A stretch of 64,000 nt of DNA from Callorhinchus milii (lineage: Eukaryota): NCBI RefSeq assembly GCF_018977255.1, contig NW_024704752.1, positions 15,934,001-15,998,000 of the forward strand, written 5' to 3'. Both the position numbers and the translations under genes were made by a program. Under the pieces are notes generated by a model that made no database searches, had not been told where the DNA came from, and was given only the letters and a program-made list of their open reading frames with translations. This document shows positions 35,901 to 50,081 of the stretch, piece after piece; positions within the stretch are counted from its first letter, which is position 1, and each line of letters opens with the position of its first letter.

Positions 35901-37762
35901 CATTATCCGGTCATTCGACTATCTTATGTGCCAGCAAATTGGGAATTACAGTACTCCATTATTATCAATCGAGGTACACGCATGATGAGCTAAGTTCTGT
36001 CAAAATGTGGCTTATCACTTGTACCTTTTTTATTATGCTTTGGGAGCTTTGGAGCAAAGTGATCATACGGTTCAATTTCCTAACACAGAAGTCTATTGTA
36101 AATTGAGTGATGGCTGAAGTATGAAGGATATCAAGTGAAAGCCATTTTATAGTGTAGACTTATGACATAGATGCAATTGTTCCTCTTTTTCAATGGATGC
36201 CATTGAGCCTGGTCTTCATTAGGATAGAATTTTGAAAATGTTGGTCTCAGGAATGCTTACAAGAAGGAATGAAAGTTAGTGATTGTTGCTGACTGGTCTT
36301 TGCCACCATACTTTGGTGGGCTCCTGCTTAAAATATGAGGAAGGAGATATTTCCTTTGATCTTAAAAATCATGTGGCACTTTGTTTCAGACTTTGTCTGC
36401 TCTCTGTGGGTGGGGGTGGGGATGGTGGGAGGGTGGTGGGGTGTGTGTAATTTGCGTCAGTTACTCCATGTAAAGAAAAAACACTTTCCTATTTAACTTC
36501 TGTTTATCAGGCTGTGAGATTTGCATTTCTGGCACAAAACTGTGCTACACATGATGCAGGGAGCACTGGTTTCACGTTCAGTGGTGTCTATGTGTGATAT
36601 TTTTTCATATTGCACTCGTCAGTAAGACAACCAGCTTTTCACATAAAAATTCGCCACTGATGCACAATAAATTCTTGATGTATCAGGAATGCCATTGTTG
36701 ATCTCAATCAGAGACATACGTTGAACATACCCTCTCAACTGGAGAGCACAGTACCCATTGTAAGATATTCAAATGGAGACAACCAATATGGCGGCATAAT
36801 AATTCAAAGTTTATTAAATAATACAAACAGCCAGAGAGTCGGACAACCTCGCCTAACTTACCTTTCTAACTGAGACTGTAGATACAGTAAAATCGATATT
36901 ATCCGATTACACTGGGAAGAAGCATTGACCCTCTTTGACAACTCCAACTACTCCATGCTCCATCTTGCTTTTATGTGTTTCTAACTCTGCCTCCGCTTGT
37001 CACAGGGATAGCCCCCACCCTTCACAAGCTGATAGTGACCTTGAACAGGCTGCTTTGCAGAGAGAGAGAAGGACATGGAGAACTTCCAGGCAGCCTCCCA
37101 CAGCCTACTGGTTTTTCAGCCTTGAGATAGGCAGGTATCTGAGGCCATAGCTTTTTCTTTCTGAGGTCCATTGTTCCTACATCTGTAAAAATATATAAAA
37201 CTATATAAAAGTATATATCTGTATAAAAGTATATGAAGATGCATTAAAAGCCATAAAAAAACATTAAGTATAATCTTACACCATAGCAAATGTCCAAGAG
37301 CAATTTTTCAAAACCTTGAATTTCTGTGGTTCCACTGTGCTTAGTGTCCCCCATTCTCACCTCCTTCAGAGAAAACAAATTCTAGAACTGTAATTCTAAT
37401 GGTTCTCTGAGGCACTTATCTCTCCACTGAGACTGCTTTGGCTACTTCCCTGCATTTGCTGGAAGCTGGAAGACCTAGGAGAAAATATCATGAAGATACC
37501 CTCAGTCCTAACGTAAAATTACTACACAAATTGTGTTCCTGCCAAGATACATTTCACTTTTCACAAAAGGACTGTTGTTTTGCACTGCATCATATGATCA
37601 GGATGGTCCTTTCCTCCATTCATTTTCATTTCTTTCAATATATACATAAATGTTTTTTTTGTTTCTTCACAAAAAGCACAAGCATATAAGTGACTGAAAT
37701 CAAGTTAATATGGAGATGTTCTAAAATTAAACTTAGAAATTATGCTTTGTGACATCCATCCC

Positions 37763-37956
37763 CTCACAAAGCGAGAGACCTGGGTTCAATGTTGGGCAAG
37801 TTTCCTTACTCCACAGGCCTCTGTTCACCTAGCAGTAAGTAGGAACCCAGTTGTTAGTCGATTGGCGGATCACTTTTGTGGGGGGGTAATAATTCCTTAA
37901 AAAAAAGAATAAATTTGTCACTTCAATTGTCACTGTTTGGGGGACACTATTGTGTA
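37763..37956 (+). mobile_element. SINE, long subfamily, internal fragment
   Basis: gcgagagacctgggttcaat...gggcaagtttccttactccacaggcctctgttcacctagcagtaagtaggaacc...ggcggat, reverse complement of 38930-39125. Confidence 0.8.
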
Positions 37957-38629
37957 AAACCATTAAGAACCTATTTGATACTTTAAGAATAGCTGAATGT
38001 CCACACATCACAAATATTGTTCTACGTAACTCTTTCCTTTCCTTTTTAAGCATAGCTGGTGTAGAAAAGTGTTGCTTTTATATTATTACCAGTATTCAAA
38101 CATTTTCCCCATAAATATCAAGTTAAATTAAAAGGGAAAACAGAGGTCATATATTGCCTTGACCAGGAGCACGTTTCAGTCTCAGGTCATTTAACCTTTA
38201 ACAATGAAAGCTTTATAAATGTTCCCTTTTCTTGCCATATAATACGAGACACGCAGTGTAAAACAATGGTGGCAGTCTCCACCTTTGGGCTGCACTCCAG
38301 TCTATATCCTGCTTATTTGGAAACAGAGCCAAAAAAAAACCTGGCTACACTTCAGCAATCTTTTGAATCTGGACAAAGAAACTATCAAGCTATTTAGAAT
38401 ATCATTGCAGACGGTAGCCCTTGCTTATTAAAGTTTGGAAATGCCATTTATGCAGATTTTCCCAGATATGGGCTGATACTTAGGATTGAAGTGATTCACA
38501 CGAAGCAGAAAAACAGATCAGAAATGCCTGCATTCTTTCCCAAACTTGTAACTTGGGTTTCGTTCCTTTGCAAGTTATTATTTTCCGTTGGGAACTTTGC
38601 CACTGTGATTTAAATTTTAGAATACCAGT

Positions 38630-39270
38630 GCACGTGACTTCAGAAAAAAGGGAGAGGGAATCACTACTGGAATTGTTCCCGTATGGATGTCAGGTGTAGG
38701 CGGGATCGAGCTCACCTCTGATGACCACCTCTTTTCACATGACAAAGCTCATCGACAAAGCTCCCACTTAATAATAATAATAATAATCCTTGCATTTGAT
38801 ATATACAGTGCCTTATTAAGTCTTCGAGATGTCTCAAAGCGCTTCACAGAATATACTGTGAAGTGAATTGACTGTAGATTTTGTGGGTGAAATGTGGCAG
38901 CCAATTGCGCACAACAGTGTCCCACAAACGGTCGTGGATTGAAGTGACCAAATTATTATTATTATTTTTTTGAAGTTATTATTACTCCAGGCAAAGCTAT
39001 CCGCCAATCCACAAACAACCAAGTTCCTACTTACTGCTAAATAAACAGAGGCATGTGGAGTAAGGAAACTTGCCCAACTTTTCATCCTTACCCGGAATCA
39101 AACCCAGGTCCTCTCCCCTGCGAGGCAAGTGCTCTAACCACTGAGCTACAGGACTCCACTGATCACTAGGTACAGTAGAGCGACTATCATCCTGGAGGTT
39201 GCCCCTTCCCAAGCGACAATGCCTTCAGGAAGGGAGGAGATGGGAGGAAATTGGTGAGAAAAAATAAAAA
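38630..39270 (+). mobile_element. LF-SINE-like copy split by SINE (flanks 38630-38768 and 39158-39270)
   Basis: ggatgtcaggtgtaggcgggatcgagctcacctctgatg on the left; tgccttcaggaagggaggagatgggaggaaattggtgagaaaaaa on the right. Confidence 0.55.
38769..39157 (-). mobile_element. Full-length tRNA-derived Deu-domain SINE, long subfamily
   Basis: A box TAGCTCAGTGG, B box GGTTTGATTCC, extra segment gcctctgtttatttagcagtaagtaggaac...ggcggatagc, Deu core, (ATT)n tail. Confidence 0.9.
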
Positions 39271-40765
39271 GTGCATTTGGGGAAAAAAAATTGGGAGAGT
39301 TGATCTGGATTTATGATATCTATAATTTAGGGTGATAATCCTGTGGTGGCTACCGTGGTTCATCAATCAGTACTCAACTGTGTCATACGTGTAGTCTATT
39401 ATTAAAATGTCTCTTTTAAAAATAGTTAAAATTATCCCAAAACTATTCTCTCTAATTTTTATGACATTAAGGAGATTCCTAGTATTTCAAGGTCAAATGC
39501 CATTTCTTCCTGAAGCTTCTCCATGAAAAGCACAGGATGAATCAATGTAAATCAACCCGTTAATATTTACTGAATTCATAATTCGATTGCGCAAGCTGTT
39601 GCCAGAAGACATTTATGAGACATTGTGAGACATGTTTTGCTCATACAGCAAAGAAAATACAAAATGTGCAGTCACAATGCTCCAACAAGTGGAAACAGTG
39701 TTAAGATAAGGGAAATTGCTGAACTTTCTATCACAGAAATCCTATGGATCTATATACTGTATGTGTGGATCTGCTAACATGGTTTCTGCAAAATTGTGAA
39801 AAGTGAATACTAAGGTCTTGAGGAGGGACGGGTCTAAGACTAAATCATGGGTCATCTTTTAACCTTTCCACCCTTTGATAATTGGTTATCAAACAGGGTG
39901 GACAAGGCCATGAATAAATGTTGTAACAACTAAAAAGTACAATTATTATTTCCCTCGCCCCCATGTTATTTTTGTGGTCTATCATCATAGTAAATATTTA
40001 TTTAAAGTTTAAATGGATGGAGGTAAAAGTGTAAGCTTTCCAAGCTGAAGTCCCGACCTCTGACATATAATGATTGACAGGTCCATCATAAGATGGCAAA
40101 GAAGGTCAACCCTTGGAACTAATGTGTGATGAGATTATGACACACTCAGAGGGGAAAGCAAGGTTGTGAAGGACAACAGTGCGATGACTGATTGCTCATG
40201 TTGAAAGCCACACCGAGTATTTATGGATATGTTCTGAAAGTCACAGCTATTATTTTTGGTAAGGAATAAAATTTAACATTTCAAGCAATATATACCCTTG
40301 AATGCAGAAGGAAAACCTAATCTCCTAATTAAATAAGGGTGCTTGGGTTTGTGCATATATGCAGGCGCAAAATGCAATTTTGGACAGTATGAGCAAGAGC
40401 TTTCAATATAAAATACAGCGAGTTCCACATCATTTTTTGTAACTGCTGCCTTTCCTTGCTGCATAATCTATTGTTAAAAGGTTGCTCGGTAGAGTGCTAA
40501 AGACAGATGTATCAATCAAGTGGAAGTGAAGTGCTGGCATTTGACTGATGTCAGGAAGGGATATGCATACTGCAGCCCCTGCTGTGCTCTATATTGATTT
40601 CCGTGTACTGGGTATTTTTACAGTTCAGTCAGGAATGTACTGTGTTTTTTTTCTCTTTGACATTGTTGCTGCTGTGGTTTGCTGGATTCACCACGGCATT
40701 TAGGTTGGGGTTGTTGTGAAAAAGGATGGTTAGCTCCTGATTGAAGCCTTTTTAAGTTGTTTTTG

Positions 40766-41075
40766 GTGTCAGCTTGGGCTCAGTTGGTAGCAGTCTGACT
40801 ACTGGGATTCATACCATACCCCATGTTAGACTCTCACTGTAGTGTAGTCCAGAGCATTGTATTCTCAGTGGTTTCATCGTTCGGAAGAGTGCTTGCTCAT
40901 TCTTCAAGTCAACATTAAAGATCCCACAATAATATCCAAAAAGAAAAGGGAGTTTCTTTGATGTCTTGGCCAACAATCCTCCAGATTAATTGATATTTCT
41001 TTACATACTGTGTGCACAATGGCTACTATGCTTGGCTACAAAAACAAGCATTGCACGTGATTTGATGGGGCATTG
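40766..41075 (+). mobile_element. SacSINE1-like DeuSINE
   Basis: gtgtcagcttgggctcagttggtagcagtctg...cattaaagatccca...gggagtttct...tcttggccaaca...ctgtgtgcacaatggct. Confidence 0.7.
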
Positions 41076-44000
41076 ATAAAACTAGAATTTATTTATTGCA
41101 CAGTTATTTATTTGCTTCATTGCAGTAGATAGAAAAAAAAGTTAGAAAACTTAAGGAGTGGGGTGGGAGAGAAAATTAGAGAAGAACTGATGAATGGGAG
41201 AAACAGCGGATGTCCCAAAAGAACTGTGTACCCATTTACAGAAACTACTGTATAAGGGGAGAAAAATAATTTGAATGGTTAGAAATCCCCAAATCCTCAA
41301 AGAGCAGGGATTCCTCCATTTTATTACAAACCAGATTGGTGATGATGGAAAAGATGTTTTCTCAAGTTTTCTTAAGTTAACAATAGTGCAAGTTATTTGC
41401 TTCACGGCACAACAATTTTTGTGACAATTTGAATTCACAATTCACAAGATTTGTTCACATTAAACATAATGATGAGTAGGATATGAGCTTAGTTGCTGCC
41501 TCCTTCATTCCTCATTCTGTCCCTTGAGTCAGCGAAGTTTGTTGCCCACTTTTGATAGATGAATCGTAGGTAATCAATTCAAATAAACATGTGAATATGT
41601 TTGATTTCTGAGGAAGCACAAGCATTCTGGTGGAACTTGTTTTATAATGTAAAAGTGAAGCAGGCTGAACAGAATTTTGTATGGCATTTTGCATTCCTGT
41701 ATTCCTCTCCTAGTTGTATGCATCTTAAACTTAATAAAATAATTAATGGTTTCAGTTAGATAAACATTCTTTCTTCTAATTTGACCAAATGATTATTCGT
41801 TTTCTGATTTATTTGACTTGAATCAAATGTTAGGCTTTTGTATGAGTTTGTAGCATATTGAGTGTAATCTCATCTGTGCATTAAATCTTGCTCGCGATTA
41901 AAATATTTCAGGAGTGCTTATGGAGAGGAATAGATTTAATAAAACATGCTCACTCCTCATTGTGATTCAGTTGCTAATGAAAGTGCTGTTGCTGAGATAT
42001 CAATGCTGTACAAGAAAACGGTGACATCAACGTAGTATAGCACATGATGAATGGTATCATTAATACAATCCTCTCCTGAACACTGGTGACATTTCAGAGT
42101 AGTCTAGGTGGAAAAGCGATGATATCAGAATCCACTTTAGTAAACTGTTAACATTGTGATTGAGAATGATCAGTGAATGGGAAAGGGTTGGATTGGACAA
42201 TTGAACTTTTACAGACGTTTGGTTTTGACTCTTTAGGAAATGACTATAGAGAGAACTCTGGGTACATGTTGTCTAAGGCAACAAGGACAATAATCTCTGG
42301 TTCAGAAAGATAAGATAGTAGTTCAAGTATCAGTAATGTTTTGGCAATTATAGATACTGCATCAAATGCAAGGATTATTACTTTGACCAGCATCATCTTC
42401 AACCCTGGCCAATAGCAAATCCCTATCAGGAGCATAAACTTGGGCACAGTCTTGTTGAGGGATGAGGATAAATTCAGACTGGGTTTGATCCAAAAGGTTT
42501 TGTACATTAAGCCTCCAAATCAATATAGCTTCCTTCACTGGAAAGCTGTGTGATGGGGATAGCGTTTCATGAACGCCTTGGTTTTAGAAAGAATAAACTG
42601 CAGCTAATAATCTTATGGTCATCAGAAATACCAATAATACGCCTGAGGATATGAGAAAAGGTAGCTTTGTGTCTGTACTCAGAGGTTTAGAATTTGAATT
42701 TTATTACACACCATGTAGTGGAGCCTCAGGCTTTGTGGGGCATTATAACTGCCCACATATCAGCGGCAAGCTGTTTGAATTCAGTTACAGCGTCCTCTTT
42801 TGAGTATGGCTTCAATCCAGCCAAATGCCATTGATGCCAAGCCAAGATTCAGAGGTTCCTTGCTTGATTCAGCTCTCTGAACTTGAAGTTTAGCCTGTCA
42901 GAAACTTGAAAACCTTTGATTTTGGATGGTGGAAATCAAAGACTGAAACACCTATCCCTAGAGCACATTCTTCATCTCAATCCAAATAGATCTAGGCAGG
43001 GTGAATTGGGAGACAGCCAAATAGATACTAATTCCCCCCATTCAGGTCCAGTCAGATTCAGTTGGAAAGTCAATGTACAGCCGTACATAAGAATGTAATA
43101 GATGCCCATATAATTTCCACAATAACCAGCCTTCTGAACAAAAGCTTAACCGTTGCAATGCTATTCAGCCATGCACTGTCACCTAAGCAAATACTGTAAC
43201 TATTACTTTTGAGGGTTAACATTCCCCTTTGAATGCAGTTAACAGTGGCAGACACAGTCAATCCAGTGGATCCTTAGCTCTATAATCTGTTGGACAATTA
43301 TATCCAATTGAAGCTTCACAAAGATTAACGACAAAATTTAATTCCTCCATGCCTGAAAGTGCTTCAGACCCAAGCTGTTCCTCATTGCTCATTGCTGTGC
43401 AGAGAATCAAGCTCCATCAATTTTCATTGATCACGACCGTGAAGGGAAATTTCACCCTTATGTATAGTTGGATTTAGATGAATCAATTCACACAGCCTGT
43501 CCAAGTGTAATGGATAAAACCAATGGGTTTATTATCGAGTTGCACAGCTTGTATTCTTGGCAAAATTAGCCGCAGACATTCATTACTGCTCTCTTCCAAT
43601 TAAATAAAACAACTTAATTATATGTAATGTAAGGGGGAAAAAAAGACAAGTTGATAATGTTTCAAAATCTTTGACTAAAGCCTCGGGGCCTCAAATAATT
43701 ATATTGTTGATCTGAACATTTGTGTCTTCGAGGCAACATTTGCAAACAGATGAGTGGGTGAACAAGCTAGTTATTTCTGCTTTTTTTTCAATTTATTGCT
43801 GAACCTTTAGTAATTCTGAGAAACCCTTTCATTCAGAAGGTAAGTGTTCCTCTCATCATTACGGATCTTGTCTGGGTGATACCGTTTTATAAAGTCTAAG
43901 AATGACTTTGGTCAAATGTAACACAGAGTTGTAAACCAAGGATATCGGGAACACAAGTCTCTGAGCAAGAGATTATGCAAAAGGACTTCATTTAAAAGCA

Positions 44001-46121
44001 ACACTAATCAAGGGCACACTTCACAGACCCTTCCTTGGAAACAAAATACATTCTGCAACTTGTTCCATTCAATTTGTTCAATTAGCAATCCTCCTGTGGG
44101 ATCCATGGTCCTCAATCTGGGGAATAACCACATTCTGACTTTGACAAACAACTGTTGTCTCACAGCAACAAGATTGATTTGTTGAGAGGCTTCTGGGATG
44201 GGTTCCAATCATTCACGAACCAGCTGATACAGGTGACTCAGGCTGGAATTGGCCGGGGAGCACTCGGTATCTGTTCAACACATGCACCAGCTACTGCAAC
44301 AGAATTGAAATGTAGCACTGCACAGAGGCACCAAAAGAAAGATTACCGGTGAGAACTTTAGGACAAATGTTGTAGGTGTTGCTGTATTTTCTTCCACACC
44401 TTCCTAGCTGACTTCATGTCTAGAAAATGGTCTTTTCACACTTGGATTATTAATGTGTCTGGCAATTACTTTGTCATATTTACTATGCTTTAGGATGTAT
44501 AATGTTTTTTTCACTGTATATTCATGTGGTCGGCAGTAGGTTGTGGTAGTGGGGCCATTGACCTCCAGAATGATCAGTTTAATTGATTTGTTTGTTTGCT
44601 TACAGCAAAACACTTACAGTTTTGATGCCAATTACTGCAAATATAGAATGTTGATCCATATCAGAACTAGAAAATAGCACTATTGCCATATATTTTTTGG
44701 ACATTGATTTGGCAAAAATCTTGGACCTGGGATGATATTTCGCTTAATCATTTTCCAGAAAGGTCCAAAATAAATTCTTATTTTCCAAAAATCAGATTGT
44801 GGGAATTAAAATACGCAATTTGCCCTCTATTGAATTGAAAGAGACAAGTGTGTTTTGCAATTTTGGATTAAAACGTATGACCTGAATATCCAAGCATTCC
44901 AATTTCCCAACCCCAGGATTCAAATCAAATGTGTGCCAGCAACAATCAGGTAAATTGCTATCAGGATTTAATCCAGGTTAATTAAACTCTCATTGCACCA
45001 AACAGCTTGGGGCCCAACCCTTACTTGTAGATCCAGAGAGGTTATGGGTCATTCTGACCTACCCTAAGCCTTGTAACATGGTAAGGTCTGTGATACATCT
45101 TGGCATTGATTCTTGTTTTGAAGATCCTCTATCTGATGGTTTCATCTCACCTCTTAGACCAACTAAGAAAGGTGTTCACACGTGTTAACATTTTAGGTAG
45201 AAAAAGCTCTGATCTCACTCCAGCTGATGCAAAGCCAACTATGTTTAACATTCCTGAGAGGTCTGCCAGCTCTGAATCTCTCTTCTGCCAGCTGCATTGA
45301 ATGGGTGTCTATATAACTATTATCTTAAATGAATTCCACTGTAAAAGATGAATTGTCTCCCAGTTGAGCTCCTGTCCAGAATAAAACGCAGGTCATACAC
45401 ATTGGGAAGTTTCAGGTTAAATCTCTACTTTCTGCCCCTTTTTCTCTTTGCACGACACCTCATCACATTTGCTGAGATAATGGTTTGCCTGTAATTTGCC
45501 AACTCCGCTTTTGAGCTAGGAAATATGGGATAGCCTCTCTGGATGACTTACTGTGCTGGCTCTCTTCCTTCCTGTGCAAAGAACATGACCCCTATTCATT
45601 TCCTCTTTGATGGAAAAATTCTGTATAGGAAATCATTTGTGTGAACATACACATCTTTACAATGCTTTGGCACCTCTCAGCTTCTCTTTTCTTTAATCTA
45701 TAAAGGCATCAATAAGTATTCAGTAAAACATTTTTGTGCAGTTATTACATAGAAAGTTTATTTTGGAAATAGGATGGCTGTTCACCTTTGTGATTTTGCC
45801 AGGTAAAATTATATTTCATGGTGAGAAATGTTTCAGCAATTATTTTAGGCAGGGTCAGTAATTTTCAGTTTATTGCTAATGAAAACGCAATCTCGGATGT
45901 AATTAGCTGGTTATGAATGGCTGTAAACAGCAAATTGTTTTGAACATAAATTTAGAAGTTACTGAGTTGCTCCCATCTGTTGCTCTGTGAATCTAGATTG
46001 TGGTTTATCCTTGTTTAGGTCAAGCAAAGTGCCAAGATTCTGTAAAAAGGTTGACCTTAAAATTTAAAACAAATCAATCTGTGCCAATTTAGTCCAAGAG
46101 TAAACTTTTTTTTAATAGTAT

Positions 46122-46220
46122 AGTAATAATCCTTGCATTTTGATATAGAAACTTGTCCTGTTGATGCAATGTCTCAAGTGATTTTATTGCAAAGTGTGAT
46201 GGCTGTATTTGTAGGCGAAT
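46122..46220 (-). mobile_element. SINE tail (degenerate)
   Basis: taataatccttgcattttgatatag...ggctgtatttgtaggcgaa. Confidence 0.65.
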
Positions 46221-49200
46221 ATCTACATCCTTATAGAATATCCGCTCTATCATCTTCCAATTGTTTATGTTCAGTGACTCATTAAGGTCTAAACCAGGTC
46301 TTGACTACCTTTTGTGCAAATAAATGCCTGATGGAGTGTGTTGTAAAATTTCCCTTCGCAGCCATCAACCTGTGCCCCTTGTCCTCCTGGGATCCCAAAG
46401 CCTACAAAACAGTATGCTGACTCGTCTCTGTGCTTTTCTGTCTGCTAACTTGGAGGCTGTAATTCAGAGAATGAGAATTATTAAAATCTTTCCATTCACA
46501 GTCATTAGTCAGTTTTACGGATAATGATTAGGTGTGTGTTATCATGTGTACTATGAAAAGAAAATATGTAGATTTGAATTAAATTTAAACTTAAGTACTT
46601 GCACATACAAGTGCTATTGCTGTAACAGCAGAATATGAGCAAATCCGGCATTCATAGAATGCAAGTTATATTTTTCTTCATTTCTTATTTCAAAAACATT
46701 TTAACTTTTTGTTCTCTTTCGCTAATGTAAGTGGATCTGCTGCATGGCATTAAGTGATAAAATCATGGGTTACTTTGAGTATGTGTGTGTAAGGTAATTA
46801 CAGTATTTACAGTGGATGTTGTAAAACCTTAACAGGCCTCAAAAACACCTGAAGTCTGCCTTTTTTTCACAAAAAATAGTTTAGAGCAAGCTTACTTCCT
46901 GTTCTTTATTGCTGTGACAGAACCATATCTCATATTAGACACTGTCAATGTTCCGTGCATTAAAGACAAACTTTCCCTTTTGGAGGGTTACATGAAGGAC
47001 AGAGTTAACCGTGAAGAATTGATTGATGTGCATTTTTTTTGTTCCGCAAATACGTTGTCTTTGTATAAAGTTAATATCCAATCTTTTATTTGACTCCAGG
47101 ATAGCAGACCCAAACCATCAAGCATGCTTATTACTGCAGAAACCTCTACCTCAGGGAGCCCGAGCAGTTCATTTTGTGATTAATCTGCAACTGTGAAATC
47201 TTATTTTCAGACTTGAGACGTGTTTCTGCATCATGTTTTACAATCCATATTATGCTGTTAAAATTTAAACTCTTGTTTAGTTTCTGTTCCTTTGTCATAC
47301 TTGGCAGTGTCCCCATAGTTCAGTCATGTCTACTTCGAATGAGTAGCATTTATGGGTTATTATTGCTTCTGGACAGTTTTTATTTGTGTCTTTTTACTGT
47401 ATTTCTGATGGTTAATCTTTATGGGGTACTTTCAGATATACCCTTAAGATACACTTATTTATTATGAATGCCAGAATAATGGGGAAAGGATTCTCCAAAC
47501 AGCTTCTCCAGTAAATATTTATTTCTCGCTGACGCAATATTGATGTCCATCGTTAGCAATTGTATTGTACCTAAAATGGGAAGATATTCTAATCCCCAGG
47601 TTTAATATTCTTTACCTTGAAGGACACCAATATCAATAAAAAAGTCAGTGCTTTTCTTTTACTATGTGTTTACAAGAATTAAGAAGTATGTTGCTTTCAG
47701 CTGCCCATAGCTGAAAGTGAGAGCAGGTGCTAAAGGCACATAAAAAAACAGACCCAGGTTGATCTGCACTGGAACAAAGTGTGCACATGGGCCAGAATAA
47801 AGGAGAATTTCTGATGGACAACAGGTACAAACTGTTTGGAACTGAAGATGACAAACATTTTGAAGTCTTGGTCTATAGATGGATTTGTCAAGGCCAGGCT
47901 TACGCTCCTTTGTTTAAAAAGAGGACTGGGTCAAAATTGTACTGTAGCAGAGGCTGCACAATCAACAATCGCACGTGGAGAAATGGATAATAACATGTTC
48001 TACATTTGGAAGTCCTTGAAAGTTTAATTACGGCACGCACGGGTTTCTTTATTTGATTCTGAATTACAGCCTCAAAATAACCCTGACATGAAACAGTTCA
48101 GTCTCCAATTCTCTTTAATTACTGAGATTATAGTGAAGTTTGTTTGTTTACCATTAGCACGGCTAGTCTGCCATTTGTGTGTCATTGGGAACACAGGCTG
48201 CTGTGAGACTAGAGTCTGTGATCATAGCTGGCTGACAGATTAATTACATGGAAATGAAGGTTGGTTGTTTTCATGTTTGGATGATTTGTGAAGTATTTTA
48301 CAATTGGACAAAGAAAACGTAGAACCTTTGCAGTTATAAAAGTGATTTAAGAATGAGAGCAGACTTTCAGCTGAACAACTGTGGTAACATTTAAACCATT
48401 CCCTGATAAAAAATCGGGTTGAAATATTAGATTTTCTGAAAAATGGGGTTGGGTTCGGATGGAGAGCTAAAACCTCCACAACTTCACCAGCAAATTTCTA
48501 CATTTGCCTAAAGATTGAAGTTATAAATAGTATATTCTACATTTTAATGAGTAACTGAAGTGGATATTTCATGGTTTAAGACTTTGGCAATACTAAAGGA
48601 AATATAATGGAAATAAAGCAACAGCACGCTGGGTTCACGAGGAAAACAGAAAATGAGATGGAGGAATAAATTGTACTGTACTATTCAATTCCTTATTCCT
48701 GTGGCTTATCAACTGGCAGCCAAAATATAAGAGCTGTGTGATTGGGAGACGAGCCTTAGACAATTACTATATCATTCATCATCTCCTTCAAGCCTCAGTG
48801 ATAATAAAGTAATTATATACATGTATGAATCTGAACTTCGAGTGCAGGTCCATTCCAGACGCTGTACTTTGCAATGTCCTTAAATGTGTCTCAATAAGAG
48901 TCATTAAAGAGACGATTATGCTATGGGACCAATACTGTTCTTTCAGTAATGATCAAGAAAATAACTCGCTCAAGGCTTAGTGCATCTAAATGACATCTCG
49001 GTCAGGTCTTTAGTTGGGAAATAGCAAAAGCTACGTCCTGTGTGGTTTAGATTTGATAGCTCTATTCCACATTAGATGTTGATTCCCTTCAAAAATAATA
49101 TGCAACAGCTTTAGTAACCTTAAAACTTTAACAAAATAAACCTTCATTTTTTTCATATTTTACAGGGACTGCATCGTTTCCCAAACAAATGCAACAATAA

Positions 49201-49675
49201 AATTGAACAGCTATAGTCAATATCAAAGAACAGTTCTTACCTATTGCCTTTAATAATCATACAAACAGTTAAACCAGGGAAGCTTCTGCATTCAACATAA
49301 GTCAATTTGTGAAAAAAAGCTATCTCCAGTTACAATGACTGCTTCTTTTGTTGTGGTCTGAATCCACACATGATGAAAACATCAGTGATAGTCTTCTGCC
49401 GGGTACGGATCTCTCTGGGGATTGGAAAGATGAGGGAGGAGAAAGGATTGTGGTTGTATTATCCTTCCAACAAATCTCAAATTGTCGATTTGAATTCTTG
49501 CTCTTAGACTGACAGAATTGCAATTGTGTTTTCACAGAAATTGGAGTTTCTCAAGACAATTTACAAGCTTGCATTTCACCATCGTCAGATATCAGATTTC
49601 TCTCCGTTCCTTAGAACCAGGGGTATTCACCAATTCAGGCTTGGACTTGTCTGAATTTTCTGAGATCCACATTAA

Positions 49676-49804
49676 CCACAAAATATACAGTCAATAATTC
49701 ACTTTACAGTATATTCTTATATTATTATTTTATTATTCTGTGAAGGGCTTTGAGACATCTTGAAGACGTGATAAGGCACTATATCAATTGCAAGGATCAT
49801 TATT
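49676..49804 (+). mobile_element. SINE tail with internal AT expansion
   Basis: ccacaaaatatacagtc...tgtgaagggctttgagacatcttgaagacgtgataaggcactatatcaattgcaagg. Confidence 0.85.
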
Positions 49805-50081
49805 TTCACGTCTTCTAGACGTCTCAAAGCGTTTCACAGAATAGACTGTAAAGTGAATTGACTGTATGTTTGTGGGCGAAATGCGGCAGCCAATTGCGCA
49901 CAGCAGTGTCCCACAAACAGTCGTGGATTTAAATGACCAATTTATTATTGTTTTTTTTCTTGAGGGATTATTATTAGGCGTGTGGAGTATGGAAACTTGC
50001 CCAAGGTTTCACCCTGCCAGGAATTGAACCCAGGTCTCTCACTTGCAAAGCAAGTGCTCTAACCACTGGCTACAGGACTCC
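49803..50081 (-). mobile_element. tRNA-derived Deu-domain SINE, short subfamily, lacking extreme tail
   Basis: Highly similar to 1510-1789, including B box GGTTCAATTCC. Confidence 0.9.
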
